Source of the DNA: Paraglomus brasilianum
Taxonomy: Eukaryota
DNA: 35,967 bases
Reading direction: 5' to 3'
NCBI GenBank assembly: GCA_910592345.1
Contig: CAJVPI010000311.1
Span: 1 to 35,967, forward strand
The notes beneath the pieces were generated by a model. That model was given only the letters and a program-made list of their open reading frames with translations. It had not been told where the DNA came from and did not search any database. This document shows, piece after piece, positions 1 to 9,784 of the stretch (position 1 is its first letter; each line of letters begins with the position of its first letter). Both the position numbers and the translations under genes were made by a program.

Positions 1-199
1 AAATTAGTGCCGATCATGGGTTTGTTTAACTGCGGAGGAAGATTTTATCATGTGACTAACTTATCTGATTCATCAGACCAGCTTGCCATAACAATATGCA
101 AAGAAGCATATAAAAGAGATTTCCCCTCTTGTCTTCATTTACATTCTCCTTTATCTCTGACAAATGGAAGGTTCTTGATATATTTTGCTAAGTGTGAAC

Positions 200-790
200 A
201 GATTTGGCATCTATAGTTGACTCAGCATTTCAATATGGAGAAGTATCACATGTTTGTGTAAGTAAAACACATAAACAGGGCTGAGTTGGTTGCATTCACT
301 AAATCATACAAAAAACATCTAGACATGGATGCAATGGATGTGGACTACTCACTGGACTCATGCAAAATACAAAGAAGACTATTGAGAAGCAACTGACAAG
401 GAGATCAGAATAGCATATGAAGAATATAAAGACTTCTATATTAAATACCATCTAGAGTGGATTGTTATGAGGAATACCTCAATATCAAGACAAAAGGTAA
501 GCAAGTGACACATGTTTATTGGGAGGATAGACAAGCAACAGGGAGAAGAGTTTGAATACTATTACTGGGTTTGTGCTATATTGCAAGGGAGGCAGTTGCA
601 GTTGGGCATTATTAGTTGGGGCAGAGCAGAGTCATAGCAAAAGTTAGGTTATACATAAACTCATTTGAAAGGCAAATAAGCAAGATACAATACATTTGAG
701 TTAATATTAAGTAGAGTAGAAGCAATGGTGGGAGAATAGTTCAAATGCATTATTATTATGACATGTATTGGGGTTGGGACTTACTTTATG
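200..790 (+). pseudogene. Degenerate coding remnant of an unknown multicopy family (RLYINSF motif)
   Basis: Intron-like GTAAGT(258)...CACTAA...TAG(322). Broken reading segments include TDKEIRIAYEEYKDFYIKYHLEW and IAKVRLYINSFERQ. A paralogous segment lies at 8440-8630 on the - strand. No CpG between 35 and 791. Confidence 0.45.
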
Positions 791-940
791 CCGCCGTACC
801 TATAAAAATGCTATCAAAATGGCACAAACATATTATACCAGAAGGTAGGTAAATCATACGAAACCATCTACTACTACTGAAAATGACGTTTCAGCCGTAC
901 GGTGCGATACCGCACTAAATGCTGAGACAAAAAAATTTAT

Positions 941-2200
941 ATGCTCCGATTTGCAAACCACTTAAATCCACTTATTTCGGTTATCGAAAAATATGATATA
1001 TTCTTTCATAAATTAGTATACCATATGCGATATAAAGAGCATATATCTATTCCTGAAAAAATCGGCGCACCAGAGACTATGCGAAAAATTGAAATGATAA
1101 CCGAACAGCCTACTATGCCATGTATATCAGAAGCTGATCAATTGGCGCTTGACAGTTTTCTAAATACATGGAATAAGGCAGTTGACTTATGCATGAAGCG
1201 CGCGCTTTGTACGTAAGTAAATTATCGTCTCAGTAGTTGTTGTTCAATGATAACATTTTCATGTAATGCGAAAAATGTTCAAATTGATGTTTTACTGCAG
1301 AGCAGGGCTGAAATGAAAAATGTTTCTACATTTCATGAGTCGAAGGCTCGAAGCTCCGCTTCCTTCCAATCACAAAATGACGATTGCTTCCGCTTTTGGA
1401 AGTGAAATTATTGTCTTTCTATGGTATTAGTATTGTATATAAAGAATTATGCTGTCTATTAATTTTGATGTATCTTCTCGCTGTAAGAGTAATACTGCAT
1501 ATTCTAAGCGTTTATCCAAAGTTTTGGAGCACCAAGTGTAGTCATGTCTTATTTGCTTAGTCTCGATATCTCAGATTGGAGCCCACAAGATATTCCTACC
1601 AGTTACCAAATTGTGTTCGATTCGAAGCTAACGGCGAAAAGCCAATATATTTGGTAAAAAATTTTCACAAATTGACATTGAACGAAAACAGGTACGGCTC
1701 AATGAGAAAAGAGAATGGGTATATATTCTCAATTGTGAATAAATTACGTGAAACAATAGACAAAATCGAAGAATTCTCTACAATAACTTACTTACAGATT
1801 TCCCAATACTCAACGTACCTGAAATCAATCAGGAACACATAACCGTCCCTCCACTGTAAAAAAAAAACACCAAAAACTATCGCATCAACCAACAAAAATA
1901 GAATTAGCTCCGTCCAATATATTACCCAACTTCTATTGTTACAGATGAGATACAAGAGCAAGCAAACGCTCTGGCATCTAAAAGATCTGAAGTACCCAAA
2001 ACTTCCGTAATTGATAATTCTGTTGGCGATAAATCTAAACTCCCAAATTTACTCGTGAATGATAGACCTAAATCTTGCAACAAAGTAACCACAAACCAGA
2101 GAACAATGTGAGAAACGTCTCAGAGAATGATTGATCATGAAAAAAATAAGTCTTTATCGCGTGAGTACTGTATTACGATAGTATGTAAAGCAATTACGTA
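941..2200 (+). pseudogene. Decayed, internally deleted D5-like helicase-primase (virus/Polinton-type), C-terminal part; the upstream ORF 941-1216 may be a separate gene remnant
   Basis: Collinear segments in shifting frames: MSRRLEAPLP (1335), FDVSSRCKSNTAYSKRLSKVLEH (1464), MSYLLSLDISDWSPQDIP (1544), QLPNCVRF, NGEKP, GKKFSQIDIERKQVRLNEKREWVYIL (1653), KLRETIDKIEEFS. From memory these match the C-terminus of the 'highly derived D5-like helicase-primase' proteins of arbuscular mycorrhizal fungi. Multiple stops and frameshifts. Confidence 0.65.
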
Positions 2201-2260
2201 AGGTACCGGCACGGAATTTAGTTGCACATCTTGAAACTCGGTATCACGTTTGCTATTACT

Positions 2261-3053
2261 ATACTAAATTTAGTACAACGTACTTAATTTAGTACAATGG
2301 ATTACGTCATTCGACTGGCACATACGGATGTAGGTGAGTAGATATGATTGATTTCAGATCGAAATAGTTTATGTACGATGCCGAAGATATCACGAAAAAT
2401 TACACTGGGGGACGGGTTAGTCGCAAACTAAGGACACTGCCAAGAGCTGCAATTACAACAAAGTGCGTATGAGTTGAACCTACGTTTGTATGGTACAGTT
2501 GTTAGTGAGTTAACTGGGCAAACTTTCAAGGACTTGGTGATGGAATGTTGTTGCAGACATTCTTGCAGGTAATTTACGATATGAGGGACCAAGTGTTTCA
2601 AATACAAATAGACATGTTTCCACCACTATAGAACAGTCGACAGCTCATGAGGATGATAGTGGGAGTAGTTCTGAAGAAGAACAAGTCGATGATACTAGTG
2701 AGGTTGACCTTACTGCTACAGTGAATTGGCAAGAGCAAGCAGTAACCATCGATCAACAAGATATCGGTGTACCTGTAATGCTTCAAAAGGCGTGTGTATT
2801 AACTGCTTTAGTAGGCATCTTTTGGATGATGTTAATACATGAAATTAAAGAGTAGATTTCAGTAAATTAGTGATTGTTTTATTTTACTTCATTAGCAATA
2901 CCATTGCAGAAATATTCTAATAAATCATCATACTAAATTTAGTACAGGAGAAAGAGCGATGCATTCGAAACCAGTTTGCACAGAACTTTCAAGAAGTTCA
3001 ATTCTGTGGTTGGCATGAAAGGCGTTTTTGACATGCTGTACTAAATTTAGTAC
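2261..3053. repeat. Four copies of the 16-bp palindrome GTACTAAATTTAGTAC
   Basis: 2261-2276 (first base A), 2280-2295 (one mismatch), 2930-2945 (first base A), 3038-3053 (perfect). Confidence 0.95.
2620..2842 (+). pseudogene. Remnant ending in a Cys/His zinc-binding tail, possibly a transposase C-terminus
   Basis: An acidic linker (EDDSGSSSEEEQVDD) is followed, after a frameshift, by RYRCTCNASKGVCINCFSRHLLDDVNT*. The segment lies between palindrome copies. Confidence 0.35.
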
Positions 3054-3075
3054 GATCATCAAACGGATACAAGCA

Positions 3076-3709
3076 TTATCTGTTGAACGGAAAGTCGTAA
3101 TATTCCATATCTATTGTGCCTTTTAAAGTCATTGTATTTATCTTGTAGCACGCCACAGCGACGTCAGGAATTCCAGGTTGACGACGGAACCTTTAGCAAA
3201 TAAAAAGGGGAAAGAAAAGTGGATTAGATGAAGCTATTATAGAATCTTAAACATATGAAAAAAGTTGGGGGGTTTTTTTTCATACCAATTAGGGAGAGCA
3301 CGTTCCCATATCGCAATTAGCATACTGTCTCTGAACACGAAGATGGTGTTGCTATAGTTGATTGCTCCCGCCGTTACCAAGGAGTTTATTATGGCGTCTT
3401 GGTTTTGTCCGGCGACTCCATTTCGGTTGTTGGGAGAGGCAGGAACGTCATTAAAACCAGCGGTATTCCACTGGATCACAAGAGCCGGTATATAAGTATG
3501 TTTATTTGTTGCTTTGAGAATGAGAGAAGCAATGGCAGGATTCTGAAATGTTGTAGGAAGGGTTGAGGGAGCTAAAGATACGTAAATAACTTTATGTACA
3601 AGAAATAATCAACTGCCAATTTGTACGTACTTTGATTACACTTCTTTGCGAGTACCTTGACCTTGTGCTGTTGCACTCTGTCACGGATAGACTTGAAAAG
3701 CTTTTCCAT
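3076..3709 (-). CDS. Intact 3-exon gene, 159-aa protein of unknown function (gene A of the divergent pair; possible VapD/Cas2-like fold)
   Basis: Exons 3709-3631, 3571-3286 and 3190-3076 total 480 nt. Introns are GTACGT...TAG (59 nt) and GTATGA...CTAAT...AAG (95 nt), and the phases join correctly. Protein: MEKLFKSIRDRVQQHKVKVLAKKCNQTPSTLPTTFQNPAIASLILKATNKHTYIPALVIQWNTAGFNDVPASPNNRNGVAGQNQDAIINSLVTAGAINYSNTIFVFRDSMLIAIWERALPNWFRRQPGIPDVAVACYKINTMTLKGTIDMEYYDFPFNR*. Confidence 0.8.
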
Positions 3710-4000
3710 CGTAATAGTTGCAGCGAAGAAAAAGATTGTTATAGTGATATATTCTGTGATTTCGGCGATTTTAATTATTATTATCGTCCAATCAAATCGC
3801 GTGAACAGTTAAATATATCGATAATGCCACGCTCCCATATAGAGGCGGTTAGTTAAATTTGGTTGATTTATTTCCGATCATTGGATTCGTCAATGACGTA
3901 ATAGGTTATATAATAATAAGAATTTTTAAAGATCCGACAAAAAAGTTGATCAAATTTGATAGAATGATCAAATTGGATCTCCTTTTTCTCAACAATTCAA
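3710..4000. promoter_or_regulatory. Putative bidirectional promoter between the divergent genes
   Basis: 291 bp between two opposing ATGs, relatively CpG-rich. Contains the palindrome ATCAAATTTGAT (3949-3960) and a near copy ATCAAATTGGAT (3967-3978). Confidence 0.55.
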
Positions 4001-4557
4001 ATGCTCAAAAGAAATGAGAACGAAGGTAAATTCTATTTTTCAATAATCAATCTTAAATATTCTAATCATTTCTAACATTTCACTACAGAACTTGATTTGT
4101 CATTATATCCTACTATCGAAGAGGTAATGCGAAATATCTTTCCGGAAGCAGAAAACGCTAATGTCAAAAGATATGTCAAGCAAATTTCTAGGGCTAATAA
4201 ATTAGATCCGATCGTTGTGATTAAGCCCAATCCTACTTGGTCGCAACTTACGGATGGATTGCATATAACAATGCCATGGACCAATTCGCAACAGATAACC
4301 TCAACAACAACCAGAGAAGGGACGAAAATAGCAGATGTATATTCCCATTTGGATATCCAGGAATTGCATACTGTTCGGGATGGTATTTGTAGCGGAGACC
4401 TTACCCAAACGGGTTCCACGTCCCTCAAGGACTACAAGCGAGTATCGTACCTGGAACTAATAATCCGGTAGTGATTGGACGAGCGTATTTAGTTATGAAA
4501 TTGGGAATCAGAAAATCGGAATTTTCGGAAGACAAGAATTTCTTTCATGTTGCGTAA
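4001..4557 (+). pseudogene. 2-exon gene, ~164 aa, with three 1-nt frameshifts (gene B of the divergent pair; pseudogene or sequencing indels)
   Basis: Exon 1 is 4001-4025 and the intron is 4026-4088 (GTAAAT...CTAAC...CAG). Correcting shifts at ~4240, ~4346 and ~4405 gives MLKRNENEELDLSLYPTIEEVMRNIFPEAENANVKRYVKQISRANKLDPIVVIKPNPTW/VATYGWIAYNNAMDQFATDNLNNNQRRDENSRCIF/HLDIQELHTVRDGICSGDLT/PNGFHVPQGLQASIVPGTNNPVVIGRAYLVMKLGIRKSEFSEDKNFFHVA*. Confidence 0.7.
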
Positions 4558-5589
4558 AATGCTGAGGGGCAAAGGATAAAGATAAATTTTTATAATTTGG
4601 ATATCAATTGGGGAATAATTCTTAGTCTTCTTACTACAATAACAAGTAAAATGTGCAAATTAATTTCACAAATCACGTGTTAGTCACATGCAGGACCTTA
4701 GGGTGACTGAAAATATTAATAGAAAGTTCCCTCTCGCCGGGAATGATTATACTCTCTTCATTTCGCAGAGCATTTAATGAAAGGGCCTCGGGTTGGGAAA
4801 ATTTGGTATTGTTTGCTTAAGTCTCACCATATTGGAAGTTGACGCACTTATTTTATTTGCAATACATTGAATAAAATCAAGTACGGGGCTTTGATCATGA
4901 TACATGATAAGTCTATCCTATTCACTGCGTCCAATCTCTATCATTCAACCCAACGATACCCATATCTAACACCCTATTCTACAATCGATTCCTTAATCTA
5001 TTTCATTTATACCTTCATATTCCGACTGGTCCCTTCATACACAGCACCTTCCAGGAATGAAATCTAGGTATTAGTTACAACTTTGAAGACGCCTCCTTGC
5101 AAATTCTCAGTCTCAACATACCTTAATTGCGTATGAAGTAAACTACCTGTTTCGTCTCGCCGGCACTTTTACATACCGCAACATGTGCACCTTCACTTGC
5201 CGATATGTGTTAGAAAAAGATATCGCGAATATGTATTTGTGAAAAGCATAGCCCCTAAAGTTTATTGCTTGAAGTGTTGCAGGTATAGACAATATTCCGT
5301 TTCATGTTCGCATATGGGACTTCAACATCATTCGCAATGGTTTCGGGTGAGCCGTCGTTAAGAATGCTTAATGCTATTTAGTGGGAAAAGTCGTTCTGCA
5401 CCGGTGGTGACAATTATCGCCGAGCTCAGAAGCAACAATGTTTTGCATTTCGTTAGTGTTTTGGGTATCCATTGCAAGTGCAGTCACGATTTTTCAAAAG
5501 TATATTATTGGTTATAAAAAAGTTCAAATAAAAAAATTTTTTAATTGACTATTTATTAGAAACAATAGTGTTAGATACAGAATACGTGT

Positions 5590-5860
5590 ATCAAAAAATT
5601 AATTAGCGAACTAGCAAAGCTAATATATTACGCAAACTGGCAAAATTTGCAATAAAGGCTGTTATAGACCCGAGGGTGTAAAATTCATTGAAAGGCTCCT
5701 ACGCGTACCTTGTAAAGAATCTGGTAAGTTGACATTCTCTACGTTTCGTGCATGTAGAGAGCATTCCGGCAAGTATCGGTTTAAAGATTATTATCAACGA
5801 AAAAAGCTAGCAAAAATCACCGAGAACATATCTGAGAGTGGCACCACAGTAAAAGAGTAA
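5590..5860 (+). pseudogene. Remnant of a small Cys/His-repeat (CxxC...CxxH) protein gene
   Basis: Frameshifted segments KKLISELAKLIYYA / KICNKGCYRPEG / RVPCKESGKLTFSTFRACREHSGKYRFKDYYQRKKLAK. From memory this resembles small genes found with D5-like elements in Glomeromycotina. Confidence 0.5.
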
Positions 5861-5909
5861 GTAATTATTTTCGAACACTTACTATGAAGTAGCTCACAAT
5901 GCGAATAAA

Positions 5910-6264
5910 AATCCGTCCTAGAAAAAAAATATAGCCGTCCGAGGATTCTTTTTTCTTTTTTTTCTCTAGGACGACCAAAAGGTAGATTAATAGTAGTTTT
6001 GAGCTAATAGACTTCTAGACCACCTGTCCTAACGTCCTAGAACGTCTTAGAAAATTTCAGATAAGTGCTCTTCTTCTTTCTTTATAATTTTTTAGATGCA
6101 GGAGCATCCTCGCTTTGCGAGACTTCCGAGAATATATTTTTCTCTAAAATTTCGGATTTTCCTAGGACACTAGGACGGATTTACAAAAATAGAACAACAA
6201 GGTAAATGACGAAAATAAGGCTTTCTCATGTAGCCTAAGTAACTTTTTTTTTCTAGGACGGATT
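5910..6264. repeat. 355-bp module bounded by a perfect 20-bp inverted repeat, with internal CTAGGAC(G) boxes
   Basis: AATCCGTCCTAGAAAAAAAA (5910-5929) and its reverse complement (6245-6264). Further GTCCTAG/CTAGGAC boxes at ~5967, ~6034, ~6162 and ~6170, plus variants. Confidence 0.85.
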
Positions 6265-6364
6265 AATTTTAATATTAAAGATATGCTACAGAAGTAACCT
6301 ACTTGCAGAAGAAATAAAAAAAATATTTTGGAGGTGCACTCCGTACATTCCAAACATATATAAA

Positions 6365-6640
6365 ATGTCAAGCTCCGATGAAGAATATTATGCAGCTGAT
6401 GAAAATATTAAAATGCATGAGTCAGAGACTCGAAGCTTTGCTTCCTCGTTTTTAGTTTATCCTGATTATATTCAATTTCTCATTAATTTTATTTTATTAT
6501 GGCCCGAAAATAGAATCGACAGTCTTAATTCAGCAGATTTATATCAAAAGTATTTCCTGTAAAAAATTGGAATTAGGAATACTTTTGACTTACATTTTAA
6601 CAATCATTGTATCGACAAGTAGATTTGGGGTATGTAAATC
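6365..6640 (+). pseudogene. Second, more deleted D5-like helicase-primase remnant
   Basis: Starts MSSSDEEYY. Region 6416-6446 is 26/31 identical to 1334-1364 (MSQRLEALLP vs MSRRLEAPLP). It continues IQFLINFILLWPENRIDSLNSADLYQKY, which resembles the D5 C-terminal winged-helix segment. Confidence 0.5.
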
Positions 6641-6949
6641 AGGTTTTTGGGGTAATCAGCCGCAAATTATATATATATAATCCCGGGAATTATATGGTGA
6701 TGCAAATTATATACAACATAATTATCGTAATTTGGAGGCAACTTGTTACAGCTTTATAACAATAATATATATAATTTTATCATTACTATTTTCGAAAAGT
6801 GCAATCAATTAGCTTCAGAACCATAGAAAAATTGTTGTAGTTTGCATAGTACACATGGCAGGATAGATTTTTTTTTAAAAAAAAAGAGACTTTTCATATG
6901 TTTTACTAGTAAAATTTTGTGTCACTCACTCATTTATTGGAGGGCACTG

Positions 6950-8200
6950 TACATTATTGATATTGCTATTTTCGATGAGGACATTTGTGCTGCACCTTGC
7001 CTCACTTCAATGACTCTTCCATCCAAAACTTTACTTCATTGTTTGCAGAGAATTCACTAGCCACTTTTTTCTTTTCCAGTAATGTGCTGGGAAATGTTGG
7101 TTGCATTAACCAGCACTTAGAAAGGGGATGGATTTATTATTATTGGTAAGGTTTGCTTATATTGTTGACATTGTTGTAAGTTGCTTCTTGACCAGGAAGG
7201 AAAAAAAGAGTCTGGCATCAAATGTCTGGATTATCAAAAATCTGAATTAAAGAGGGACAATTATTATTTGTTTAACAAACAAAGAACTAATAAGAAGAGG
7301 GAGAAACATCTGAAGAGGTTTGGAAACCATCTGTTACTATCTCTACTTACCAACAAGGATGAATGAAAGCTGTAAGATTTGAGAAACTGGAAACCCTTTA
7401 CAAAGGTCATACACTCCATTCCTTGCTTAATTTGAGCTGAAAAATGCTCCAGGATTCTGTTTATAATATGCAACCAGTCCTGAATGGCAGGCTGTTGCTT
7501 CATAAATGATGGTATTCAGAGAATGTCTGAAAGTATTCATAAAACTCTTCTTGCATAAACTTCATATTATCTATTCCCCATGTGTTTGCCTTGTCAAGTT
7601 GGAATGGTAATGGGGACACATCCATGGTTTGTCCACAACCACCACTATCATATGCACCACAATAGCCATAAGAGGTGAATGTATTGCTGTGCAGCCTTGA
7701 ACATGTCCCAAAAAACATTTACTGGTTCGGTGTTCTCACCCTCTGGTTTATGAATCTTCTGGACTTCATCAATGATAAGTATTGTTGGATGCATAATGCG
7801 AGAACACTCTTTAAGAAAGCACTCCAGCTTATGCACATCAAGTCCTCGAATTCGTCGTTGAATACAAATCCCTTGTCATATAATAGTGAGATGCGAAAAA
7901 TGCGATCCTTGTGACCTTCGTTCGAATTAAGCAGGTAACTGAGTTTTCCCGACCATTGGCGGAGAACGAATGAGCAGAATTCGCTTCTCAAACAGATGAG
8001 TGACTAATCTTATCGTTTGTATCCTCTTGCAAACCGTCTTCAAGGTTCACACCCTCGTACCCAAGACCAAGCTCATCACCGTTACAGACAGTGCTGCCCA
8101 AGCGTAACAGGTAAGCTCCGAACATAGAAATATTAGCCAAAAGACTATTGCGAGTCTCGGCGTATAGCCGAATTCTTATTGGATTATAATTAGGCGAATC
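6950..8200 (-). pseudogene. Crinkler-family-type P-loop NTPase pseudogene
   Basis: Collinear segments: EFGYTPR, GYEGVNLEDG, CKRIQTI...ILLIRSPPMVGKT (Walker A, ~7945-7980), RIFRISLL, TILIIDEVQ (Walker B, ~7760-7790), FWDMFK, SYGYCGAY, NTWG...EEFYEYF. Several frameshifts and stops. The 3' end is approximate. Confidence 0.7.
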
Positions 8201-8439
8201 TGTTCAGGATCGTCTAACCTTCCCGATTGCCGACAAGATGATGGGGAACAAAAGAATGGGAAGGGAAAGGGAAAGTTAATCAATATTGCAAAACTCCCAC
8301 AGGTCCATAGGTAATGCCTGTTATAACAGCATTCGAATTATCTATTAAAAATGGGTTAATTGCAATATGATTGTGATAGGATAACATTCACTAGTCTTTG
8401 AAACAATTTATATCATAACCTTCACTAGCACAAAATCAC

Positions 8440-8630
8440 TTAACACACATTGTAAAAGCATTCGCAACTCCAACGCGTGTTGCAATGCATTCCAACTATT
8501 CCCCCCTGTTGATCCATGCTATTCCAGAACCCCGTTGCTCCTCTATTAACCTTGTCCTCTCGAGTTCGTCTTTGAAACGAGTTTATGTACAACCTAGCTA
8601 TGCTACAATTCAGCTCATCCTGTGCCACTA
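8440..8630 (-). pseudogene. Second RLYINSF-family remnant, inverted relative to 620-760
   Basis: The ORF contains ARLYINSFQRR...GGIVGMH. The reverse complement of 8570-8596 matches 645-671 at 24/27. Confidence 0.5.
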
Positions 8631-9199
8631 AATCTACTTGTAGCCACCTAATTTATAAGTTAAATTATTTCTTATCATAATTTGGAATGAATGTCATGCA
8701 TTGGAGCAAATCGTCATCTATTATTGGTAGCGTTTCCTTTTCACACTCTCTCCAACACCTCAAAACTATGAACTTTTACTTTTGGCTCGCGTCCAATAGC
8801 AACAACGTTCATCAAAACCTTTCTAGTGAAAGGTGGCAATATTTCGAGGTGGAGTTGCCACTCTACATTTCAGATCAATAATATTTATGCTGTTTAATAC
8901 TCTTAATTATCTTCACCGATTTCTCTTTTTTTTTACTATCCGCTTTTTTGCGAAGCTGGTTTTTTCCTTCGATGGATGGGTTATTTTCACGCGGCGTGAA
9001 TCTGATTGGGCATGAGCCACAGCTTTGGTCAATCAGTCAATACTATCAAATAGCTCTTCGAGAAGTTCTGGCCAACTTATGCCCTGAGTTGAATATAATT
9101 GACTATTTAATGAATAAGGAAGGACATGCCACAACTTATTAAAAGTAGACACCCTCTTCCAGAGAGAATGGATAATTTGACAGAGAAGCCAGCAGTTAT

Positions 9200-9760
9200 T
9201 AAAAATATAAATATTGATGTATTAGTAGATCAACATGTTAAATTTTTAGATAGATACTATTTGTAAAGTTCGTAATAAGCTTCGGGCGCAGTTTTGTCCG
9301 AGTAGTGAACATAGGGTCCCAGTGTGTTGATCGAAGCATTGGCGTGCAGTCTATGCTTAAAAAAGCCCAGTGAACGACCGCTGATTGTGCAATTTCAATA
9401 AATGCATGCTCGTTAAAATTTTGATACAAATTATCATAGCTCATAGTCTCCATTATAACAAATAAAATAGCAGTCTTTATTGACGACACGAATATATTCA
9501 GATCATCAAGCCACAATACTGTATGCCTGCCTTAGCATTCGCTTTAGTAGCTTCTCCTGTCAACACGCATATGACTTTGACTAGACCGAGCTAGTCGTAT
9601 TCCGCTAGATCAAGGGCGGTATTAAGAAAATAAGGAAAAAATAGGCGTATTACTCGGCAACGCATTGACATTGATAACGATTACGATGTAGAAAAATCGT
9701 CCGTAAGATGGTTCGCAAATACACACATCCTACAATCATCGAGTGCTCTATGATAGACAT
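9200..9760 (-). pseudogene. Possible degenerate F-box gene
   Basis: ALDDCRMCVFANHLTDDFST followed by VN...CR...PIF in shifting frames resembles the fungal F-box start pattern (L.DDC..IF.HL.DD.STL...VN..WCR). The downstream ORF 9238-9516 may belong to it. Confidence 0.35.
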
Positions 9761-9784
9761 ATTAGAGCAATGCCTTCTCGATAT

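Noticed and set aside
2261..3053. CRISPR-like array, given palindromic repeats next to a Cas2-like candidate
   Set aside because: The spacers are 3, ~634 and ~92 bp and the repeats only 16 bp. The context is eukaryotic with no cas genes.
4072..4428. 118-aa - strand ORF
   Set aside because: It is the antisense shadow of gene B, which has splice signals and a coherent reconstruction.
4700..5450. Possible - strand gene remnant
   Set aside because: All frames contain stops and no family motif was recognisable.
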